Shown here piece by piece: positions 41,694-55,311 of a stretch of 64,000 nucleotides of DNA (position 1 is the stretch's first letter; each line of letters starts with the position of its first letter). The DNA comes from the human T2T-CHM13v2.0 reference genome, Homo sapiens. The stretch lies in assembly GCF_009914755.1 (NCBI RefSeq), contig NC_060934.1; one strand, written 5' to 3'. The notes under the pieces are model-generated. The model did no database searches, had not been told where the DNA came from, and worked only from the letters and a program-made list of their open reading frames with translations. Made by a program: the position numbers and the translations under genes.

Positions 41694-42038
41694 TGATAGA
41701 GACTGAATTTTTGTGTTTCCCCACAATATTTATGTGAAAATCCTCACTCCCAATGTAACAATATTAGGAAGTGGGAACTTTAGGAGGTGACAGGGTCATA
41801 AAGGTGGGGCCCTTATGAATGGGATTAGTGCCCCAATTCCCAGACAGTCCATTTGCCCTTTCCACCAAATGAGACTACAGTGAGAACAGAGGAATCTGAC
41901 CTCATCAGGCACCAAATCTGCCAGCTTCTGAATCTTAAAATTCCCAGCCTTCAGAACTATGAGATTTAATTTTTTTATTGTCTGTAAGCCACCTAGTCTA
42001 TAGTATTTTTGTAATATCAGCCAGAATGGACCAAGACA
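41694..42038 (+). mobile_element. MLT1A-type MaLR solo LTR
   Basis: gactgaatttttgtgtttcccc ... gggtcataaaggtggggcccttatgaatgggattagtgccc ... gccagaatggaccaagaca. Confidence 0.85.
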
Positions 42039-42951
42039 TCATTCTACAGAATAAATCCCAGCCTGCCCCAGGAAGAAAACCTTTGACTCTAGAAAATAAT
42101 CTGTGTCTCTGCTGCCATCTCTTGTCAAAGAGGCCCTTTGAGATTAGCCACACATACTGCAAACTCACTGCTTCAGCTTTGGTGCAGTTGTGGAAAACTG
42201 AAAAAGGGACCACTGTAGTCGCTTTGCAGAAAAGCCCCTACAGTACATTGAGGGTGAATTCCTAGAGGACTCAAAGGATTAGGTGTTTTCATTTTCCCCA
42301 TCAACAAGCACAACCATGAGTCAGAGATGGAGGGGCCACCAGTGACCCTACATTGACCTTGCCAATGAACTTGAATTGTGCTCTTTCTACAACCAAGGCC
42401 CAGCACCTGCAAAGGCATTTCTCCATGGCTGGGAGGGATTCTGGCTTCTGAACCTATCTGTTCTTGCCTGTGCGTTGCATTGCTAGCCCTGCTCCTTTTT
42501 CCTTGGAAACAAATTATACTTATCCAACCCATAATTGCCTTTAATATTAATTTATTAGATCTTTCTTGGTTAAGGCTTCATTTTAGTGATGATCCCTCTG
42601 GATGGACATTTTATCATTAGATTCACCTCCTATTCACAAACCTGTAAGTGCCATTATCCTGAATGAAAATTAGATATTTTCACTAATGAAAAGTCATCTC
42701 CGTAATACTTGATTCAGAATGTGAGTGGCTTTTAGCCCTCTGTGCAACTAGCTTCCTAGTAATAGGAGCATTTCGCAATACTTCTTTTAGGTTGTGTTGT
42801 TTGTGTGGTCCTGCCTAGTAAGCCAAAAACTGAACAGCGGGGGAATGAGAGGAGAGATGGCATAAAATAGCAATATCTTCTTTGCGTTTATCTTCATCTT
42901 GCCAAAAGTTTAATATCCCCCCAAGTAATATTTCATCAATGTAGTGGTTTT

Positions 42952-44030
<1,079 letters not shown>

Positions 44031-44069
44031 TGTGTAGTGGATATCAGTATAGCTTCACAGCTGCCCACA

Positions 44070-44220
44070 GTTTAAATGTCACTTCTACTATGAGATCTCG
44101 GGTAATTTCTTTCAATCTATCTGCATCTCAGTTTCCTCAACTATAAAATGTAAATAATAATATTACCTACTTCAAGGGTTGTTGTAAGAATCAGATGAAT
44201 AAATACAAATAGCCACTTCA
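44070..44220 (+). mobile_element. MIR
   Basis: tctcagtttcctcaactataaaatgtaaataataatattacctacttcaagggttgttgtaagaat. Confidence 0.8.
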
Positions 44221-44818
44221 AACCGCCAGCAGCCCAGTAAGAACCATAACAAGGCCTGCTACTCTTGTTTTCTTTATTGAGGCTACAAATTTGCACTCAT
44301 AGTCCCCCTTTTCAAATTGATTAAAATATTTTGAAATGCAAAAATGATATCTGTTTCTTCTTCGTAAAGAGCCAACACAAGATTGCAAATGTCAGACCTT
44401 CAACTGATATCTGTTGAACTGAATTATTGTAACCCTGGAACACAGGGATGTCAAAATCAGTATATTCCAGAAGGACTATGAGGATCTGGCAAAGTATCCT
44501 TATTTTTCTCTCTGGGTATTTAATTTTTTATCAACTAATCAGCTCCTTGCTCGAGGGTATAAATGAAACAAGCAAGTAAAGAGCTTGATGTGGATGAAAT
44601 AGCATGCCTCCTCCTCACTCTGAAGCCTAGAGTGGGAACTCAGTCAATATCTGTGCTGCTGATGGCAACATCTGTTGTGACAGGATTTGGAAGGCATGGC
44701 ACCACATGTCAACAGTACCATACCATCACAATAGAAAAGAATGAATTCTCTACTGCTGATGCACATTAAACACAAGACTTTCCTTCTGAGAAGCCCAGTC
44801 TAGGTACTTTTGGAACAC

Positions 44819-45132
44819 TTTTTTTTTTTTTTTTTTTTTTTTGAGACAGAGTCTTGCTCTGTTGCCTAGGCTGGAGTGCAGTGGCGTGATCTCTGCTCAC
44901 TGCAACCTCCGCCTCCCAGGTCAAGTGATTCTCCTGCCCTCAGCCTCCTGCCTCAGCCTCCTGAGATTACAGGCATGCGCCAACAGGCCCGGCTAACTTT
45001 TTTTGTATTTTTAGTAGGGGTAGGGTTTCACCGTGTTGGCCAGGCTGGTCTCTAACTCCTGAACTCAAATGATCTGCCCACCTCAGCTTCCCAAAGTGCT
45101 GGGATTATAGGCGTAAGCCACCGCTCCTGGTC
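44819..45132 (-). mobile_element. Alu (AluS)
   Basis: Dimer with poly-T. Degenerate TSD gaac(a/t)ctt. Confidence 0.94.
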
Positions 45133-46233
45133 TAGAACTCTTAACAGGATCAATTAAAGACATTTTTATTTCTGCTGTTTGGTCAGTTCCTCCCCTCCTG
45201 TTAAGCCACAGTTGTCTCTTTAGTTCCTCTACTGAATTTCGTTTGGCATCAGAAGATTTAAAGATTAGCTATTAGTCCTAGTGGGTGGTCAAATCAATAC
45301 CCTGGCCACCATCCCAGGCTTAAAAGAAATGCTCTTGGGATGATTTTAGCCCACTGCTTTATAAGAAGCTGCCTATCCCCAAAAGTCAAGGCCCCACAGT
45401 TCACTGATACATTCAATACCATGAAAACGGTGCCATGGTGGTGGTTTTCTGGTGATGCACAAGGCTGTTCGGATCACCCACTCCTTCACTGAATGTTCTT
45501 GGTTATGCACAATGATAATAATCAGTGTCATTAAAGGATTCAACTTAAGCATTAATAATGGACCAACTTCTGTGTACCTTAGTAGTTTACAGGACACTGG
45601 AGATTTTTGCCCCTTTTTTGTTGTTTTTTTTATTGTTATGAACATGCTGTGACATACTGAAGAAGTCGTATCACTCTATCAAATCTAGTAATCAAAGGGT
45701 GGCAGCTGTCACAACCACATCATCTTCCCATCTAGTCCTGCTAGACCTGATTTACTGAAAGAGCAGTACTTCTTGTATCCTGATATGATCAGCTTACTAG
45801 GATCAGAAGATTTCCTTCTTTGATTTTCTATTTTAAGGCTTTTTAGAAAGGAAAATGAAGGCTATGAATCCATGACAGTAACTACTTCTGTCCAGTTAAA
45901 TATAATCCTCCTCCTTCATCCAATATAAACTGGGGAAGAGAAAAAATGACATAAACACCAAAAATAAGAGTAGCAAGGAAACCTCATTTTATCCCAGGGC
46001 TTCAAGATTTTTTTTTTAGCAGGGTTGCCCACATATAGCAGAAAGTTCAAATTACAGTAAAATATCCAAGATGATAAAATAATCCAAAAGGTGTATCTTA
46101 AATCTCTAAATTATACAGCGTTGACTTTTTTAAAAGACTTTTAACTTTTAAAGATATAAACTCGCAGATTTCACTTACAGACCATGCCACATTCTGCATT
46201 AGACCCATAGAAAGGACAAAAGCAATATATGTT

Positions 46234-46411
46234 AGCAAAGCCTGGTTCCCTCTCTATGCAAAGTATAGATCCCTCTCTAAGCAAAGCCTAGGTTTCTCCC
46301 TAAGCAAAGCCTAGGTCCCTGTCTAAGCAAAACCTAGATCTCTCTCTAAGCTAAGCCTCGATCCCTCTCTGAGCAAAGCCTAGATCCCTCTCTGAGCAAA
46401 GCCTAGACCCT
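46234..46411. repeat. 23-bp minisatellite, ~7.7 copies
   Basis: Consensus agcaaagcctagatccctctcta, head-to-tail with no spacers. Confidence 0.95.
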
Positions 46412-47120
46412 TCCTCTTGCCAGCAATGGAAGAGAGCCTTCCACTTGCTCTCACTTACTCAACACCCTGGAGCCGTCCACTCTGGGTAGATTGCTGACAG
46501 GTTTATTCATATTCTTTGCTAAGCACACAGAACTCCTGGGAGCTTTCCAAGATGTTATTCCCAGACCCTCAGGAAATATATGCAAATATGAAGTTCTTGA
46601 TTTCAAACACTGTAGAATGAGAGATGGTATAACTCAGTTTGGAATATTATAAGTATAGAAGTTTGCAGAGACAATTGGCTATAGAAAGTAGCTCGTTATA
46701 CTAACTGATCGATTCATGGAATTTTTTTTTTAAATCAGTTGGCCAAGTATGTAACTGACCTACTGGTGAATCCACTTAGTCAAATACTCCTTTTAATAGT
46801 TATTGGGGAACATCTGTGGACTCAGCATAATTGAGGTGAGGTAGAGAATAAAGAAAAATGAAAGCGTGGTCCCTGATCACCAGGAACTTACTTGAAGGAT
46901 GTTAACACAAGAAACAGCAAGCGCAAAGCAGCATGTCATCAAGTGCTGGAAGCTTCCTGGCACTTCCTGAGGGAGGGCTTTGAGCCCTGGCCGAGAGCAG
47001 GAGCCTACAGGATAAGCCTGGGAGAGAATGGGATGAGGACGTGGATTCAGACGTGGCAAGAAGAACGATTTGGTTATAATGGCTGATGTGGTTGGAAATA
47101 GTCGGTGGTGGATGGGGGTG

Positions 47121-47148
47121 TGTCTTAAATCTCTAGAGATTTAAGACA
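47121..47148. other. Perfect 28-bp palindrome
   Basis: TGTCTTAAATCTCTAGAGATTTAAGACA equals its own reverse complement. Confidence 0.97.
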
Positions 47149-48233
47149 TTTAAGGCATTGACAACAGAGGTGCTTTTAGGGGCCTCCTCTGAAGAAAATG
47201 AATAGCCAGAGATTGTTTAATCCATGGGTTAAACAGAGAATGAACAAATCAAGAGCGTGAGTGTTAATTCCTAAAACCTCTATTGTGTCATGTGGCATGA
47301 TTCAAATTATTGCTCCCAGATCAATCTTACCGTTCATCTTCTCATCAGCAAAATTGGAATAACCTCTGGATGCCTTGCAAAGCACAGCTAATTAACATTT
47401 ATGACAAGTAAGGAGTTATATAACAGGTTATGTAAATGCATCATAGCAGCAAGGACTGAAATGTTTTGCCTGTGGCATTTGGATTTGAAAGGAGATCTCC
47501 AAATACAAGAACAAAGCTCCACCAAGTAGGCTGAGAGCTACTAGGGACAGAGGGTCCTGAGCAGGTGACACACCCTCAGAGCTAACTGTGGGAACACCGG
47601 ACTCTACAATGGCACCTGATCGCCTTTTATAAACTTTGTGCCAAGCTCTCACAATCAATTCTGTATGTGTAATGAAGCCAGAAGACACTAGCTGTGTAAA
47701 CTCATGAAATCACACAATTCAATTTTGTGCTAAAACTAATCATGTTCATACAATGACATCTTCCCAAATCCACCATTGGAGTCATATCACATATCTTAAT
47801 CATGTTGACTAAAGCTCATTCATTGGAGCTGAAATCTCTTCTATTACTATATAGTTTTCAAGCACTGGTATATAGTAGTTGAATATTTATATTTAATAAT
47901 AAGGAAAAACAAACAAGATTCAGTCTGGTAAAAGACCGAGTGATCCTGAGAGAGCAAAAAGGATCATTTGAACTCAAAAGAATCCTTTTTAGCTCAGTGT
48001 CCCACTGTGACTCACTGATACTCTGTTATTATCCCCGTTAACGCCACTTGAAACAAAGAAGGAAAAAAATGTAGCCCAGAGGGAATTCATGACTCAAGGT
48101 CACAGTGCAAGACAAGCCAAGTTGGAAAGATCAGGAGTCAGAAATAAGAGATTGCCTCCTGTATCGCCATTTAGTAGGCATGCGAATTTGGGTCAGTCAC
48201 TAAACCAGTTTCCTTCTCTGGAAAGTAGAGATG

Positions 48234-48407
48234 CCATATTTTATGGATCCTAAGATGCACATTATTTTTCGCATTGAACATCTCCGAAACAGGGAAACAT
48301 CTTAATGATGGATGATGTCACTTAATTGGCAACGTTTTTCTTGCTTAGTCATAAATGAAATAATGGTGCGTTTAAAATCCACCAATCTTAGATTTGATAA
48401 GAGACGG
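48234..48407. mobile_element. MER104 (TcMar-Tc2 MITE) inserted in a MIR remnant
   Basis: TIRs ccatattttatggatcctaagatgc and atcttagatttgataagagacgg followed by TA. About 175 bp. Confidence 0.8.
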
Positions 48408-49569
48408 TAGTAATAACCAGCTCGGGTGAGACTATGTCAGTGTACTACAACCATGGAAAGCAGATACTGGACTGAGGAAATGATTCCAAGCAAAGAAACT
48501 CATTTGGTGACTGGCGTTTGCTAGGCTGAGAAAAAGTTAACTTGTTGAAAAAACAAACAAACAAAAGAAAAAACCCTAGTCCTAACTTTTGGACTGCGTG
48601 ACTATTTCTGACAATCTTAAAATACCAGACTAGGGGTAGGCAATAGGCATCTCTTGGTCAGTGCAAACAAAACAACCAGAAGGTTCATGGGATGTATCTG
48701 AGAAGTCTATTATTTAAATCTGAATTCCATATTAGCTTGTCATCTTGATATTTTTGACAAGTGCATGTAAGGATTTTTGACACTGAGGAAGTTTCCAATA
48801 TACTTTTACTATATAAAAAATGTAAAATACATAACTATGTTGCTAAATTGCTACTGTTTATTTTAAGAAATAAAACATTCATCATCTTAAAATTCTGCAC
48901 TTCTGTACACTGATTGCTATGTGGTAAGGGTGAGGGTAGCAGCAAATTACAGTCAATTCGGCAGCACAGATAAACTGCAGCTGTTTTTAGTTCTGTTTCT
49001 GCAACATCCATAGTGGAATTCAGAATTTACTGAGAGCTGGTTTTTCTCATTTTACTGGCAAAAGAATTGCTGGCTTAATTACCCTCGGGGGTCCTGTGTA
49101 AATTATGTCCATAGATCTGGAGAGAGAAGATGGCAGAAAATAAATACTCAGCATCATTAAAAAAAAAAAAAGCAAAAATCACCTTGGCTGAGTTTGAGTT
49201 CTCTCCCCACCCCTTGCCACCCGGGCAACTCTGGAAGGGGGAGACAAGTCCCTTTCAGTTCTTCTGGAAACTTACTCTTCTCAGACAATCCCTCTCAGCC
49301 TGCTGTCTTCATTCCCCATGGACAAACCAGCCTGGCCTTAGAGGGCGGCACCCACCTCTTTTTTCTCCTTCCGCAGCACAGCATGTCCCCTCTTTGAGAG
49401 AACCGTAGGATCCCACGCATCACCTTCACTCATTACTGGATGTTGCAGCTACTAGAAGAGCTGTGTGGAAACAGCAGTGCATGAATTTATTGAATTTTTC
49501 CCGTGAAAGAAGGACCAGCAACATAATATCTAATATTTATTATTATTACTTTACTCTATGCAATTTATC

Positions 49570-49790
49570 TCATTTAGGCCCCTTACAATTACTGGAATCA
49601 TAGACAGGCATGATTAGGGTTATTCTGCATTCAATCGCTATAGCTTGAGGGGGACTCAACTTCAACGGGAGGCTTCCCAGGCTGAGGGGGAACTGGCCTG
49701 AAGTGGTAGGAGGTGGCCTCAGTTTCCAGCCAAACCCAGGCAGTCTGATCCTGGAGCCCACACTTTTAATCAGCTTCCTCATGTTCCCCT
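49570..49790 (-). mobile_element. MIR
   Basis: caaacccaggcagtctgatcctggagcccacacttttaatc. Confidence 0.65.
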
Positions 49791-50055
49791 TCCTGGTATA
49801 AGAATTCTGATTACAAGGGAGGAAAGGAAAACACAGAAAGGAAAACAGGGAGGTTGTCAACCCTTCACCACCCTGACCCTGGTCAGCTCCATTCATAACA
49901 AATAACAAATAACATCATCACAAATAGGATGTTTTGACATGTGCCTGTCTCCTGGAGTTCAGGCCAATACTCAGGGCCCATATTCTACATCTGAAGCCTG
50001 GATCCCTTAGTGAAACGCACTGGAGACATCTGCCCAGGCTGATGTCAGGTCTTAG

Positions 50056-50127
50056 GAGGCAATTTTCCCTGCAGCATGGGAAGGGTAGGCAGAGGCGATT
50101 TTCCCGGCAACATGGGAAGGATAGTCA
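50056..50127. repeat. 36-bp tandem duplication
   Basis: gaggcaattttccctgcagcatgggaagggtaggca / gaggcgattttcccggcaacatgggaaggatagtca. Confidence 0.9.
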
Positions 50128-53100
50128 GAGACAGTAGCGATCAAGGTGTAGCCTCACTAGGTGCCCAGATGCTGCCATAATTCTCAACAGGAGCTCTGAA
50201 GCTTGTCCAAAAGCAATCCCACTATGGCAATTATGTGGGAGAGGTTTGCTCTTTGCAAAGAGCTAGCGATCCTGCTGAGGAATTATGTGGTTAATGTGCT
50301 AGAAAATTCTTTATAAAATGGCACTTCCTTTTCCGGCTTTCCAGCCTCCCACACCTGGGGCTTGCCAGTTTCTTATATAAATACAATGGCCTCCCTGGCA
50401 CTGCTGGATTTCATTTCCATTGAAAAGGTGACAAACCACGTTACAACCACCCACCATCTCCTTGAAACCCACCCAGCTGTCTGAACGTCTCATTCAGGCT
50501 TAGCATTTCCTGCATGGTGCTAAGTTACCAGACGACTTCTCAACAATAACACCCAGCCCAACTTCTACCATCAACCCATTCTGAATTCTGGAATTCTGAA
50601 TTCCACTGTGGATGTTGGCTCTTGCTGTAGCATCTTAATCTTTGTTTATCTCCCTAATGTAATTGAAGCTCTTCTGAGTTCAACTCTCCTAAGCCCTGCA
50701 CTCTACCTGAAAATGGACTTGAGACAAATACTGAGCTTTCTTCAGCCCAAGCTCCACACAGTTGTGTGTCTGCATTTTGTGTGGGACGCTGAAATGGTGA
50801 TAAAGGAAATAGACAGTAGATGGCAGGAGATTGTATTTCACCTTCCTGGTTTGCTACTGTGTGACCTTTAATAAGCTGCTTAACCTGTCTGAGTTCTGGG
50901 TTCCTCATGGAGAGTGAAATGGGATCTTTAGTATTATGATTCTATAATCTCAAACATGGCAAGAGTAGGAATTCTCTCTTATCATCTTAGCTGCAAAGTA
51001 TTAACCAAGATGCAGTAAAATTCTTAATGAAATACTAAGTGCTGATGTACCAAATCTAAAAGAAGCTAATGTTCTCAGCTAATAGTGGCACCAATTTTTT
51101 AATGGTGGACATCAGAGTAGATATAACATACCACAAAATGATTTTTTTAAAAAAAAAAAAATGGCTTCATAGTCAAAGAAATATGAAGGGGCCACTTGTA
51201 AGGATGTCCTATTGGTGACCCAGCTTCCAAAAGTGCAGAGGAGGACAAGTTGGCTGAGAGGCCACCATCTAAGAAAATCAATTTATTCATGTAATTGGGA
51301 CAGCACATTGCTGGGAGCTGAGGTGAGCCCAGTGGAGCTTTCTAAGCAGACAACAATTTGTCAGGACTTCAGACCAAAAAGAATCAGGAAGGGAATGAAT
51401 AAGAGCCAAGTTTTAGGAAGAATAAACAGAATACCAGGAAGTCAATCAAAAAATAACATAGGATGATCTGAGACTCGATATGAATAACAATCTGAGGACA
51501 GACCAGTTTGGATTTTCAGGGAGGTGACCCAAGCCATAAGCTAGGAACAGAATTTAGCAAAATGGAATTGGCTAAAGTGTCAGAACAGGAGTCAGGCAAG
51601 ATATTTGCCTGTCTGGGTCCAGGTTCTACATGTTCATGAAGCAGAGTCGAGGCTGATCTCTGGAAATGGTTGCTTGTTAAAGGGCCAGTCTCGGGAAGTT
51701 CCATTACAATAGCAACCTATAAATGCTTTGAATAAATCTTCTATGCAAATGAATATAGCCTAATATTAGGCTAAATCAAAGAAAGAATCCAGAATTGTAA
51801 AAAATGACATGACCCAAGACATTGCTTTTGACAGTTTTTGTGATGGCATGGAAGATGTGCCTGTACTACTAATATTAAAGATAACATTATAGAAGCTTTG
51901 GAACCTCACAAGTCAACTAACTTGACTTCCTAGTGATAGAAAAAGAAAAGAAAAATAGTCCTGACAGATGTATCCTGTGAAAGCCAAATGCTGAAAATTA
52001 AAGAATGCCTGCAATGTTCCTGTCGGGTTCCATTCTCCTCAAAGCTTTCTTAGAAGTAAACAATTTCGGGTTGTTGTGTTTATGAAAACCACCTCCCAGA
52101 TGCTGAGCTAGGCCAAACCACAAGACTGGTCATGGGTTGAAAGACAAATGAAAATGGTGAGTTGGACCCCGTGAAGGTTGCCTTTACCTGCGTTCACCAT
52201 TAAACCAGCAAGCACTCAATTCAAAAGGCACGTGAGATGGGGAAGGGTTAAGGCTGTCTGTCTCCCTTGTTATTCAAAGAGTGCCAGAGGTGGTCTCACA
52301 GTTTTAGGAGACTAAGAAATCCTTCTGTTTAGATGAGCCCCAGACCTCTGGATGTTTATTGCATGTTGTAAGGTTCAGCTGCAGAGAGGATGGCTGTCCT
52401 CCTGCCCAGCCTCCCTTATTGCCAGCCAGGGAAATCTGCACTATGGTTCCTGACCTCAGTGTTCCATCTTCCTCTTCATAATGGGATCTACTAAATCTTG
52501 CAATGTACCCAGCCAGATAGTAGACTACCATGGAAGAATAAAACCTGCTTTGCATTTTTTAAGTGAAACATTAGATTGTCCCCAGAACACTTTATAAAGA
52601 TTTCTTAAAAGACCTATGGAGAAACCTGAAATTTCTATAAATTTTTATGGATGCAAGAAAGGACAAGAAGAGCTGCTATGAAAGACCCTTTTATACCTGA
52701 CCCTGGTTCAACATTCACTGATGTCAACAAAGGATACCACTCAAGACCCAACAATATCCAGAGCAAGATGACACCATGGCAAGCTGTCCAGCCTCCAGGG
52801 TTAGGGGTAGGTAGACTTTCCAGAAAATACTGTCATGTTTTACAGTTTGAGCTAAGCACTGGATACCACAAGAGCCAAATATTCCTGTTCTCCCAATACT
52901 TAAGAGCATGTCCTCGAGCTTCTACTCAGCTAGTGATTCAATGGAGAGCAAAACCCACGCTGAGCTTTGAGCTGCCAGAATGAAATGACATGTAAAGGGA
53001 AATGAGGGCACGCTGCTGAAGGCAAGGGCAAGAGAATAGGGCAGGCGTAATAGGGGAACAGCAGCCGGAAAGCCAAAGCACAATATGAGATGCAACCAGC

Positions 53101-54979
53101 GAGAGAAACAAAGGGCAGCCAGACGATATTTCACAAATACATTAGGAACAAGACAAAGGAGAATGTAGACCCGCTAATTAGTAGGGAGGGAAAACAAATA
53201 GCAGATGCATCAGAAGGCTTGAGCTTTTAATACCTATTATGCTCTAGGCTTCACAGAAATGGTTAGCTATCATCAGAAGCGGAATATAAACCACAGTAAT
53301 GAGCATATGGGGGAAAAAAAGGGGAAGTTTAAATGGAAACCAAACAGATTAGTAACTACTTAGTCAAGCTGGATGGTTTCAAATCAGGTCCTGAGAAGAG
53401 TCACAGTGCTATGGTAACCAAACTAGCTTATGAAATGCAAGTCCCTGTTAAAATTTCTGTTGAAGGAGTGGAAAGATTTCAGGTTGCTGAATCTGAGACA
53501 AGCAGGGTCAGCACTGAGCAAGAGGAAACAGAAGGTGGCTCGAAACAAGAGTGTTGACCATCAGAGAAGCACAGGTATCCCCTGCTGTGTGATAGTAAAG
53601 GTGAATTAAAGACAGTGAGTCGTTTGTCCCAGACTAAAACCAGAGCTATGACGACTCAGTGAGCACAGTTACCGCAGATCAACAAGGGTATGACATCCTG
53701 GAAGTACCATATTCCAAAACAGAGCCACCATGTCTCAGTAAATATGTCAGGCACTTGACCAAAGAGGGCAGAATTGGGAGCCTCCAAAATGCCTGGGAAG
53801 CTATTGAGGCACAGTCTTGGAAAGCTAAGTCAAGGTTCTGTGCCTTCAGTTTTCAGATTAATCATAGCAATTATTCTTTATTAATAGTATTTCAGATTAA
53901 TAGCTAAAACAGTTTTCATCCCTCCTCCATGTCATGCACTAGGCTAAGTACTTTTAATGCATTTTTAATTTAATTTTCTCAGTAAACTGCTAGATCCTGT
54001 TATTACCTGTGTTTTTTAAGCTTTTAACTCCCTTGAGCCTCAGATCTTCATGTAACTCGTCTGAAGTGGTAGAGCCAAAATGGTGAAAGAAAGGGGAGCG
54101 GCTGTGTTGATCTGCTTGTTTACTTGCTAACCCTAAGCTGTAAAAATTGATACAACTTCCTTGAGTTGTTAGCTAAAGCAAAAGACATGACAGTTAATTT
54201 ATTATTTGATTCTTTTCATCAATGTGTAACTCCAAGGATTCTGCGAAAATGTCTGTGCTACTTTTTTAAAGCCATAAGCAGATGTGTTACTTTAACAGCT
54301 AAAAACCAGGGAACTCTACATACTCATGACATCCTTCTCTAACTACCAGATAATGAGGACGGAATGAATGGGGGTAACGGGGCTCTGCTGGTCCACACCT
54401 GGCTGCAGCTAATGAGCAAGGATGGCCATGGTCCAGCTGGGGTTTCAAGACGTGGCATCTCCTGGTGAAGTCACCTTTATCTGGGGCAGGGATGACAAAA
54501 CCTTGCAACTTCCTCACATCTACTGCACCCATGGCAAATATTTCTAAATAATCCCAGTAATCTTTTTCTTGGAGCCAAAATGGGACCCAAGAGCGCTTCT
54601 CCACATGTTGTTTGCAAAAATACTTCGAAGTATTCTATGGAGTAATTCTTCCTGTTATCAAGATATCGAAAGTAGCAGCCAATTGACCTTCCTGTTTTAA
54701 TTTTTTATAACCATTCATCCAACCAACATTAGGAAATATTGAGCCTAAACAGACAAACTAGATGTCTCTGCCATCTCTTCCCAATCTTCGGCATGCCGAT
54801 TGGAATTGCGTTCATGAATACATGAAATGTGCACGAACATGGATTTAATATACAATATTTTCCAAATGTAGGAATCACCGGAACCATGTTCTCACAGAGC
54901 ACGTACCATCTACAGGGCACTCCAAGGTACATATTTTTGAAAAGTCAAGAGCACATTCCTGGTTAAGAAACCAGAAGGT

Positions 54980-55311
<332 letters not shown>

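Noticed and set aside
46234-46411. Regularly spaced repeats as a CRISPR array
   Set aside because: The units are head-to-tail with no unique spacers, there are no cas genes, and the DNA is primate.
54299-54604. 101-aa ORF in non-repeat DNA
   Set aside because: It has no recognisable domain and no convincing splice or promoter context, and its length is within chance expectation.
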